The position numbers and the translations under genes are program-made. From an uncultured Bacteroidota bacterium (GTDB lineage Bacteria > Bacteroidota > Bacteroidia > UBA4408), in NCBI GenBank assembly GCA_903831265.1, contig CAIKXD010000174.1, forward strand, positions 44,064 to 108,063: a DNA stretch of 64,000 bases, in the 5' to 3' direction. Positions 22,701 to 29,184 of the stretch are shown here, piece after piece. Position 1 is the stretch's first letter, and every line of letters begins with the position of its first letter. Under the pieces are notes generated by a model, which ran no database searches, was not told the DNA's origin, and worked only from the letters and a program-made list of their open reading frames with translations.

Positions 22701-25700
22701 CTTCATTGCCAACTACTGTAGTTGTTGATGAGCCTCTGTCAACAGCTATTACGCTTGGTGGCCCTTTTACACAGTGTGGAGGTACAATAACTTTAGATGC
22801 TGGAAATGCTAATGTAGGCGCTTCTTATTTATGGAGTAACGGTGCAACAACTCAAACTATCTCTGTTTCGCAAAGTGGTAATTATTCAGTGGTGATAAAC
22901 AACGCCTGTGGAACTGTAACAAGTGATACAGCAAGTGTTACTATTTCACCTGCAGCGCAAACACCTATCATCACTGCAAACGGCCCAGCTACTATTTGTC
23001 AGGGGGATTCAATTGTTTTAACATCCAGCGAAATTAACAATATTCAATGGACTCCAGGTGCAGCAACTACACCAAGTATTACAGTAAATCAATCAGGTGT
23101 TTATACAGTAACTGTTGATAATGGAAATGGATGTACTGCTGTTTCCCAGTCGTTCACCGTAACACTTTTGAATAATATTACACCTGTTACTTTGGGTCAA
23201 GATATTACACAATGTGGTGGAAGCGTTAATGTTGATGCTGGTGCTCAAATAGGCGCTACTTATGTTTGGACAGATTTAACAGGAAACAATCAAATCCCCG
23301 GCGCTCAGATTGCAAATTTAACCAGCAGTGGAACTGTATTTGTTGTGGTAAGCAATCAGTGTAATAGCGAAACCAGCGATACAATAAACGTCTTAATAAA
23401 CCCATTGCCAACCACACCTTTAATTCAAGCCAACGGACCAACCAGCTTCTGTGTTGGCGACTCAGTGCAATTGGAGGTAACAAATGTTCAACAAGCTCAA
23501 AACATAATTGTAAATGGTCAGTTTGATGGCGGAAATAGCGACTTTACAACACAATATATTTATCAAAACAATTTACAACCAGAGGGAACAACTTTTGTAA
23601 CCTCAAATGCGAGCTTAAACCACCCAGCATTTGTAGGAACTGGCCAAGGTGGCGTTGGTAACTTCTTGGCGGTAAATGGCTCCTCAAATGGCGGTCAGTT
23701 TATATGGAAACAATCAATAACAGTTATTCCTAATCAAACATATGATATTTCGCTTTTTCTTGCTTCTTTGGTTGCCAATAATAATTCAGGCAGTATACAA
23801 TTAAGAGTTGATGGCGTAGATGTTGGGCCTGTTATGAATTGTCCAGGCCCTGTAAATACATGGGTTCCTTACAGTAATTTATGGACAGCAGGCGCTTCTA
23901 GCTCAGCCAGTGTTTCATTGCACAGTATGAACAGTGCGTCTGGTGGTAATGATTTTGCTGTTGACAACATTCAAATGATTTGTACTAGTTGTGCAGGAAG
24001 TTTAAACTATCAGTGGAATACCAATGAAATCGGCACTTCAATTTATGCCGATACAACAGGTTCTTATACAGTTACTTTAACCGATGCGAGTGGATGTTCT
24101 GCCACCTCATTACCTATTGATGTAATTGTGCAAACACCGCCAACGGTTAATTTAGGAGGACCATTTACACAATGTGGTGGTTCTGTAACTTTAGATGCTC
24201 AAAATCCTGGATCTACTTATTTATGGTCAAATGGTGCAACAACTCAAACAATAGCAGTTTCTGCGCTTGGTACAACTTCTATTACTGTAACTGTTAATAA
24301 CACGTGTGGTTCATTTACTTCGCAACCAGCCACTGTAACTATTTTAGCAGCTCCTTCGCAAGCAACAGTAACAGCTAATGGCTCAACTACATTTTGCCAA
24401 GGCGATTCGGTAGCTTTATTTGCTAGCGCTGGAGCCTCTTACTTATGGAGTCCAAATAATGAAATAAGCCAATCAATAGTTGTTAATCAATCGGGTAATT
24501 ATTCCGTTCAAGTAACTGCAGCAAACGGATGTACCTCAGTTTCAAATGCTATAGGAATAACAGTGCTATCTGGTGCAGGAAGTCAAGCTCAAATTACAGC
24601 CAATGGTCCTACTGAATTCTGTATTGGGGGCTCAGTTTTGTTGTCATCAAATAATCCAACGGGAAATCAATGGAGCAATGGTTCAAATCAACAAAGCATA
24701 ACTATTTTTAATGCCGGAACTTATATACTTAACGTGGCCAATAGCAATGGTTGTTCTTTAGGCAGCGATACGGTAATTGTTACTACTTTATTTAACCCAA
24801 CAGCGGTAATTACTTTAAGCAACTCTCCACAGCTTTGCGCAGGTGATTCAATTATATTGACTGTTAACGAAAATGCATCATACCAATGGACACAACTTTT
24901 AAACAATCAAAGTATTAATATTGGTACAGATTCTACTATCACTGTTGACTCTGCAGGCACATACACAGTAATAGTAACAGGAGCAAATGGTTGTACAACT
25001 ACTGCTCAATCTGTTTCGGTTTCTACAGCACCTGCGGCTCAAGTTCCAATTATAACAATAAATGGTCAATTATCTTGCGGCGCGGGATCAGTGGAGTTAG
25101 TAGCAACAGGAGGTTCTAATTTCCAATGGAGTAATGGCTCAAACTCTTCATCTATAACAATTACTCAACCAGGTTTATTTGCGGTTACTTCACAAAATAT
25201 TTTTGGGTGTGTTGCCACATCGGATTCTGTTTGGATACCACAGGGATTAAGTAATATGCAAATTAGTTTAGATGCCTTGATTTATGATAATGGATTTTGG
25301 AATGTACGTTGTCCGAAAGGGAGCGATGGGCAGATTACAGCAGTTGTAACAAATGGACAAGAGCCATACACTTATGCATGGGCTACGGGCGAAACTACAC
25401 AAATGATTAGTGGCCTAAAAGCAGGTGAAGATAATGTGTATAAGGTTATTGTAACTGATGCTTTTGGCTGCACTGTTGAGGGATCTACCACATTAACTGA
25501 ACCTCCTGCTGCTTTAGAAAAAATGCCTAGAGGTTTTTCACCTGATGGAAATGGGGTTAATGATGAATTAATTATACCTGGAATTAAAGTATTTGTTACT
25601 AACAATGTTACCATTTTTAATAGATGGGGGAATGAAGTTTACAACAGCGAAGGTCCATACCAAAACGATTGGCTAGGCCGAGGAAAAAATGGAGAAGATT

Positions 25701-25795
25701 TGCCAGAAGGCACCTATTTTGTAGTTTTCACGGCTGACTCGCCCGAATGCGGTAAAGTAGATGAAAATCGTTGGATTGAACTAAGACGTAAATAA
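16775..25795 (+). CDS. Giant (3006 aa) SprB-like cell-surface adhesin. It has an N-terminal right-handed beta-helix region, a long array of SprB-type Ig-like repeats, an internal CBM4/9-like domain and a C-terminal type-B T9SS domain (gliding motility-associated CTD).
   Basis: Signal peptide. G-rich beta-helix repeats (GGGLY.., GGGIYMN, NTAVNGA) within the first ~370 aa. More than 25 repeats of ~75-80 aa with the conserved C..G...L....G..W..GETT.SI.V...G.Y.V....NGC pattern. C-terminus FSPDGNGVNDELII...IFNRWGNEVY...GEDLPEGTYFVVF matches TIGR04131-type CTD. sprF-like gene immediately downstream. Confidence 0.8.
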   Translation: MMLKDLHCKRDSGKSKFGSFRNLFSISVITLIGLIAPVKATNFTVSNTNDNGPGSFRAALVSANFDATATAGSPHVIDMTGVSGTIVLDSALADIRNHVSINGPVNNSLSVERNIAVASFSVLSIKPVGFAAITVQLNNLILTKGSSLTGGGLYVENTNLTINNCQITKNFVNNGLGGGLCTNNANVTINNTTIDYNLNLAGLGGGIYMNFGSLLMNNCTVFGNRAAIGGGLDKATIGTVIIKNCTFAFDTADDVAGGIYINLGSVEANNTIITGNTAVNGASAVFGNLASTNGHNLVDNPLGMNFTGNTTGNLIGLATNFVLSNELKNNGGVTPTVLPLACSAAIDAGTSVGATITDQRGFVRANFGTAYDIGAIEYSGPIVEDLNVCGTQTINIVASGSTNYRWYDAETGGNIILEGSNVLTVTVSSDTTFWVVDYTPDCESTIRVAVNVSQFSLAVPPVISANGNTSFCQGGSVSLNSTTSPDYVSYAWVPNGETTTSITAENSASYSVIITDINGCTAQSNLINVSANPLPIPVISPNGSTIICQGSGVVLTSNFTTGNVWSTGETTQSITVSAASTITLTVTDANGCIATSAPVEISIVPNAPPAPIITASGNLDICVGSTVTLTSSYVSGNIWSPNGEITQSIDVNAPGTYAVTFTDANGCSAISQPVTITFLPQPQTPTVNANGATTFCEGGSVVLDAQPATGNISWTPGNVLGGSLTVTASGSYFATLTDVNGCSVSSAPINVVVEENPVQPSINAFGPTTFCQGSNVTLFSSSNTNNLWSQANETSNTIVVSNAGLYTVTVTNVAGCSATSDPVEITVLTNPTAPIISANGPTTFCVGGTVTLTSDISNNIVWNTTETTSNINVSLPGAYSVITTDVNNCSSQSNVINVVVNNPGLASISGNNQFCVGGSTTLTAVNGSSFVWSPTGETTQSISVASPGIYSVTISGVNGCTSVSAPFLVTSFVSNPITVTPTGTVQICDNGAVTLTSSAASGNVWSPNNETTTSISVSTAGDYFVTSTDLNGCSTVSNTVTVVVLPAPQTPIIDPAGPIIQCGGSVVLDAGLIQGVTYLWNDNITTTQTNTVSQSGTYSVAVTSTNGCTSVSNPVSVSIEALPIVNLGNDVTQCGGTVTLNAGNQGATYLWSNGATTQTVVLNASASISVTVTNTCGSTTSNTVNVTINNLPTAAVISPAGPIELCNGSSQLLSSNANTGNVWSPNGETTQDITVSTAGSYFTTVTDANGCSAVSNIVVVSVSNPIAQVNIGNDVTQCGGTVTLNAGNPGSTYLWSNGLTNQTILVSTSGIYSVDVTNACGTVTSNSVNIVINTLPFAPIISPGGPVVFCQGNSVVLSSSELTGNVWSTGATTPSVVISNSGSYTVTFTDANGCTAVSAPIVVTEDFPLNAPNLGGPFVQCAGSLLLDAGNGIGSTTYQWSTGATTQTISVSQSGVYNVVLTNTCGTVQSTDAQVTINPIPAAPVITPLGQTTFCAGGSLILSSNIANNITWSTGETTQTITVTQGGVYSVAFNDGNNCSSSSSITVTVQNPPIATDLGGPFSQCGGSVTLDAANAGPGNLYLWNNNATSQVLTVQQSGTYFVTIANTCGSVQSSSAVVNILTVPPAPVITASGSTTICSNDFVTLTSDNQQNYLWSNNETTQSITVNQSGNYSVTFTAANGCSATSNVIPVNVQLPPTATDLAGPFTQCGGTITLDAGNANIGASYLWSNGETTQTIVVSASGNYSVQISNACGTVASTIANVTLFNTPNAPVVSANGVTNFCQGGSVVLTSNIANGIQWSNNESTQSITVSASGDYSVLFTDANGCTATSNIITVVVDAPLVAPNLGGPFTQCGGTITLDAGNASTNNNYLWSSGQVSQSINVNTSGNYFVTITNSCGSVTSTTAVVTINPLPQTPIISASGPLVFCQGGDVTLTSSSATDNLWSNGLTTPSITVNASGIFSVSVVDALGCSSTSLPTTVVVDEPLSTAITLGGPFTQCGGTITLDAGNANVGASYLWSNGATTQTISVSQSGNYSVVINNACGTVTSDTASVTISPAAQTPIITANGPATICQGDSIVLTSSEINNIQWTPGAATTPSITVNQSGVYTVTVDNGNGCTAVSQSFTVTLLNNITPVTLGQDITQCGGSVNVDAGAQIGATYVWTDLTGNNQIPGAQIANLTSSGTVFVVVSNQCNSETSDTINVLINPLPTTPLIQANGPTSFCVGDSVQLEVTNVQQAQNIIVNGQFDGGNSDFTTQYIYQNNLQPEGTTFVTSNASLNHPAFVGTGQGGVGNFLAVNGSSNGGQFIWKQSITVIPNQTYDISLFLASLVANNNSGSIQLRVDGVDVGPVMNCPGPVNTWVPYSNLWTAGASSSASVSLHSMNSASGGNDFAVDNIQMICTSCAGSLNYQWNTNEIGTSIYADTTGSYTVTLTDASGCSATSLPIDVIVQTPPTVNLGGPFTQCGGSVTLDAQNPGSTYLWSNGATTQTIAVSALGTTSITVTVNNTCGSFTSQPATVTILAAPSQATVTANGSTTFCQGDSVALFASAGASYLWSPNNEISQSIVVNQSGNYSVQVTAANGCTSVSNAIGITVLSGAGSQAQITANGPTEFCIGGSVLLSSNNPTGNQWSNGSNQQSITIFNAGTYILNVANSNGCSLGSDTVIVTTLFNPTAVITLSNSPQLCAGDSIILTVNENASYQWTQLLNNQSINIGTDSTITVDSAGTYTVIVTGANGCTTTAQSVSVSTAPAAQVPIITINGQLSCGAGSVELVATGGSNFQWSNGSNSSSITITQPGLFAVTSQNIFGCVATSDSVWIPQGLSNMQISLDALIYDNGFWNVRCPKGSDGQITAVVTNGQEPYTYAWATGETTQMISGLKAGEDNVYKVIVTDAFGCTVEGSTTLTEPPAALEKMPRGFSPDGNGVNDELIIPGIKVFVTNNVTIFNRWGNEVYNSEGPYQNDWLGRGKNGEDLPEGTYFVVFTADSPECGKVDENRWIELRRK
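18120..25230 (+). repeat. Intragenic tandem array of SprB-type Ig-like repeats (~225-240 nt each). Between ~20150 and ~24350 it is organised as a higher-order ~435-nt unit alternating two repeat subfamilies.
   Basis: Recurrent nucleotide blocks seen directly, for example ggtggtccttttacacaatgtggtggtac...ttagacgctggtaatgc at 21890, 22320, 22760 and 24160. Protein-level periodicity. Confidence 0.8.
23513..23977 (+). other. Non-repeat ~155-aa insert within the adhesin repeat array, a CBM4/9/22-like beta-sandwich (putative carbohydrate-binding module).
   Basis: Starts NGQFDGG..DF...Y and ends GGNDFAVDNIQM, like the NG.FE.G...W ... FY.DDV boundaries of CBM_4_9. It interrupts the otherwise regular repeat spacing. 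Confidence 0.4.
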
Positions 25796-25831
25796 TAATT
25801 TAAGAATATTTAGAATTTCAATATATATCAC

Positions 25832-26752
25832 ATGAAAAAGCTAATCATTGCAGCATCCTTAATCATTTCAAGTTTGGGCTTGAAAGCACAACAGGATATT
25901 ATGCTTAGTCAATATATGTTTAATGGATTGTTCCTCAATCCTGCATATGCTGGCAGTCATAAGTACGTAAGTGCTACCTTACTTCATCGTAATCAATGGA
26001 CAGGATGGGATGGAGCTCCCAAAACTAACATTATTGGGATTGATGGTCCTTTAAGAAAACAAACGATGGGTTGGGGTTTAATTTTTGCTAACGATAAAAT
26101 TGGGCCAACTACACAAAATGATATTATGGCCAATTACAGCTACCACCTAAAACTAGGAAAAGGAAAACTTTCGCTTGGTTTAAGAGCAGGAGCATCGGTT
26201 GTTTCAAGTAATTTGCAAGGTGTTAGCACTGTAGTTGGTGGCGATGAAGCTTTTGCAACGAATATCAAAAGTTCTTTTTTGCCTAAGTTTGGAACAGGAG
26301 CTTATTATTATACAAAAAAGTATTATGCTGGGGTTTCAATACCAACATTGATAGCTCACGATCCTGCTAAAAACTTTAATTTTGATTTGAACAAATCATC
26401 CGATTCAAGAAGACACTACTTTATTACAGGTGGTTATGTATTTGATTTAAGTGATATGATAAAACTTAAACCATCGGTATTGGTAAAATATCAAAAAGCT
26501 GCGCCCATACAAGCAGATATTAACTGCAATGTTCTTATCAATAATGTGTTTTGGATAGGAGCATCTTATAGAACCAATGCAGCAGTTATTGGTATTATAG
26601 AATATCAAATAAATCCTATGTTTAGAGTTGGTTATGCCTATGATTACACTACAAATGCTATCAATCGTTATTCATCAGGTTCACACGAAATTATGATTGG
26701 AATTGATTTAGGCCATGATATTATGAAAAGTAAAAACCCTCGTTATTTTTAG
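25832..26752 (+). CDS. sprF: T9SS membrane protein of the PorP/SprF family, cognate partner for the upstream type-B CTD adhesin.
   Basis: 306 aa. Signal peptide then QQDIMLSQYMFNGLFLNPAYAG, the PorP/SprF family N-terminal signature. Lies 37 nt downstream of the adhesin. Confidence 0.8.
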   Translation: MKKLIIAASLIISSLGLKAQQDIMLSQYMFNGLFLNPAYAGSHKYVSATLLHRNQWTGWDGAPKTNIIGIDGPLRKQTMGWGLIFANDKIGPTTQNDIMANYSYHLKLGKGKLSLGLRAGASVVSSNLQGVSTVVGGDEAFATNIKSSFLPKFGTGAYYYTKKYYAGVSIPTLIAHDPAKNFNFDLNKSSDSRRHYFITGGYVFDLSDMIKLKPSVLVKYQKAAPIQADINCNVLINNVFWIGASYRTNAAVIGIIEYQINPMFRVGYAYDYTTNAINRYSSGSHEIMIGIDLGHDIMKSKNPRYF

Positions 26753-26802
26753 TTTAATTTAAGCAATAAGGAGCATTATTATACCCACAGATAAACCGTA
26801 AA

Positions 26803-28713
26803 ATGAAGAAAAATATTACCACCTCTTGTTTAGTTTTGCTTTCGCTTTTTATTTTAAGCGGATGTTCCAAGATTTATACCGCCTTAGGCGACAAAAACAT
26901 GGAGCAACTTCAATATGTTAAAGCTGCAAAAAACTACGAAAAAGCAGTTTCTAAAAAGTCGGACAATGTTGCTCAAAAAAAACTGGCAAACACTTATCGA
27001 CTGATGAATGAAACGAAGAAGGGCGTTGATGCTTATGCTAAGGTAATTAATCAACCTAATGCCGAGCCAATCGATCGTTTTTATTATGCTCAAATGTTGA
27101 TTGCAAACAAAAAGCATAGCGAGGCAGCCACCATTTTAAGAGAATATATTAAATCCAACCCTGGTGATAAAATGGCCGAAAATATGTTGAAATCATGCGA
27201 AGCTCCAGAAGCGTTTATGAAGGACACTGCAAAATATATCGTAACCAATGCTAAAATTGGAAATGTAACGGAGTTTTATGGTCCAGTGCAATACAAAGAT
27301 GGCTTAGTTATTAGTGCAAGTATAGATGGTAAAGGAAAAGATAAAGTTCCACAAACGGGAAAATCTTATTACAAATTGTATTTTACAAAAAAGGATAAAA
27401 GTGGTTCTTATTCTGCACCTGAAAAAATTAATGGAAATATCAATAAAAACAAATTGCACACTGCATCAGCAACTTACTCTAAGGATGGTAGCGTAGTTTA
27501 TTATACAACAAGCAATACCGATGGCTTATCTAACGCTGAATTACTTGAAAATGTTATTGGTCTAAAAATTAATAAAGATACCATTGCAAATGGTTCATAC
27601 CTTAAAGCAGCAGAGTTTCCATACAATAGTAAATCTTACTCTGTAGGACATCCTGCATTAACAGCAGATAGTAAAACTATGTATTTTATTTCAGACATGC
27701 CAGGTGGTATGGGCGGTACAGATGTTTATGAAACTAAATGGGAGGGTGGCAAATGGGCGCAACCAACAAACTTAGGTGAGAAAATTAATAGCGCTGGTAA
27801 TGAAATGTATCCTTTTGTTGATAGCTTAGGAAATTTATATTTTTCATCAAATGGACATAAGAGTTTAGGAGGTTTAGATATTTATAAAGCAATGAAAACT
27901 GGCAATAGTTGGTCACAAATTGAAAATTTAAACTATCCCATTAATAGCTCGAGAGATGATTTTGGATTTATGATGTATGCCGATAGCAAAACGGGTTATT
28001 TAAGTAGTAACAGAGAAGGAACCGATAAAATTTACGAGTTTATTTTGCAAGCTTCTAAGGTTAACATTGGAGGTAAAATAGTAAGTAAGGTTGATGGAAA
28101 ACCTATTGCGGGTGCTAAAATTGCTGTTACTGATAAAGCTAGAAATATAACAGATACAATTGTTTCGGCTGAGGATGGAAGTTACGCTTATGCATTAGCT
28201 CCAAACACAGATTTTGATGTTACTGTATCAAAAGATGGATTTTTTAGCCAATCCGAAGATATCACAACAGTTAATCAAGTAGGAGATATTACTAAAGATT
28301 TCTCATTGGAAGAACTAGTAAAAGGAAGGCCTGTTGTAATTGACCAAGTCGATGACAAAGGGGTAAGACCAATATTTTATGATTATGATAAATCTGAAAT
28401 CAGACCCGATGCATTTGAGGCATTAAATAAATTAGTAAAAAGATTAAAAGACAACCCTAAAGTAACTATAGAGTTAAGCTCTCACACAGATTGCAGAGGC
28501 ACAGACAACTACAATCAAGATCTTTCATTTAGAAGAGCTAAAAGCGCAAAAAACTATATTGTATCTAAAGGAATCAAAGCTAATAGAATAAAAACTAAAG
28601 GTTATGGTGAAAGCCAACCTGTGAATAAATGCGTTGATGGTATTCTTTGCAACGACGATGAATACCAAGCAAACAGAAGAACAGAGTTCAAGGTAATTGA
28701 AATCGACAAATAA
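26803..28713 (+). CDS. OmpA-family lipoprotein with TPR-like N-terminal region, PD40/WD40-like beta-propeller repeats, a carboxypeptidase-regulatory-like domain and a C-terminal OmpA peptidoglycan-binding domain.
   Basis: Lipobox LFILSGC. C-terminal OmpA motifs (TDCRGTDNYNQDLSFRRAKSAKNYIV...NRRTEF). The typical PorP/SprF-OmpA gene pair. Confidence 0.8.
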   Translation: MKKNITTSCLVLLSLFILSGCSKIYTALGDKNMEQLQYVKAAKNYEKAVSKKSDNVAQKKLANTYRLMNETKKGVDAYAKVINQPNAEPIDRFYYAQMLIANKKHSEAATILREYIKSNPGDKMAENMLKSCEAPEAFMKDTAKYIVTNAKIGNVTEFYGPVQYKDGLVISASIDGKGKDKVPQTGKSYYKLYFTKKDKSGSYSAPEKINGNINKNKLHTASATYSKDGSVVYYTTSNTDGLSNAELLENVIGLKINKDTIANGSYLKAAEFPYNSKSYSVGHPALTADSKTMYFISDMPGGMGGTDVYETKWEGGKWAQPTNLGEKINSAGNEMYPFVDSLGNLYFSSNGHKSLGGLDIYKAMKTGNSWSQIENLNYPINSSRDDFGFMMYADSKTGYLSSNREGTDKIYEFILQASKVNIGGKIVSKVDGKPIAGAKIAVTDKARNITDTIVSAEDGSYAYALAPNTDFDVTVSKDGFFSQSEDITTVNQVGDITKDFSLEELVKGRPVVIDQVDDKGVRPIFYDYDKSEIRPDAFEALNKLVKRLKDNPKVTIELSSHTDCRGTDNYNQDLSFRRAKSAKNYIVSKGIKANRIKTKGYGESQPVNKCVDGILCNDDEYQANRRTEFKVIEIDK

Positions 28714-28722
28714 TTATTATAC

Positions 28723-29169
28723 ATGGCATCGGTTGGTATCAATAAAGTAATCTTGGCAGGTAATTTGGGAAAAGATCCTGAAGTTCGACATTTAGAAGGT
28801 GGAGCAGTTGTTGCTAATTTCCCACTAGCTACTACAGAGACCTACAAAGATAAAAATGGCAATAAAATTGAACAAACAGAATGGCACAACATTGTGCTTT
28901 GGAGAGCCCAAGCCGAATACGCTGAAAAGTTTTTAAAAAAAGGCTTTACAATTTTAGTGGAAGGAAAGCTAAAAACACGTACCTGGGAAGATAAAGACAA
29001 GAATAAAAGATATACCACAGAGGTTTATGGAGATAGTATTACAATATTAATTGGCAATAGAAGAGAAGATGGTATTATAGGTCAAAGTAATGCTTCTGCT
29101 GCTGGAAACTCATCTGATAATGCTAGCGCTAATCATTCTTCTGCTGTTTCAGACGATTTACAAGTTTAA
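28723..29169 (+). CDS. ssb: Single-stranded DNA-binding protein.
   Basis: OB-fold N-terminus (INKVILAGNLGKDPEVR...TEWHNIVLW). Disordered G/S/N-rich tail. C-terminal ...SDDLQV rather than the canonical D-D-(I/L)-P-F tip. Confidence 0.85.
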   Translation: MASVGINKVILAGNLGKDPEVRHLEGGAVVANFPLATTETYKDKNGNKIEQTEWHNIVLWRAQAEYAEKFLKKGFTILVEGKLKTRTWEDKDKNKRYTTEVYGDSITILIGNRREDGIIGQSNASAAGNSSDNASANHSSAVSDDLQV

Positions 29170-29184
29170 CTTAAACTAACTAAC

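Noticed and set aside
17551-25614. Numerous 60-140-aa ORFs on the minus strand inside the giant adhesin gene (e.g. 18967..19383, 20417..20676, 22444..22712, 25372..25614).
   Set aside because: They are antisense to a well-supported 9-kb coding frame. The repetitive, Thr/Val-rich codon composition keeps antisense frames open by chance. They have no signal or domain features.
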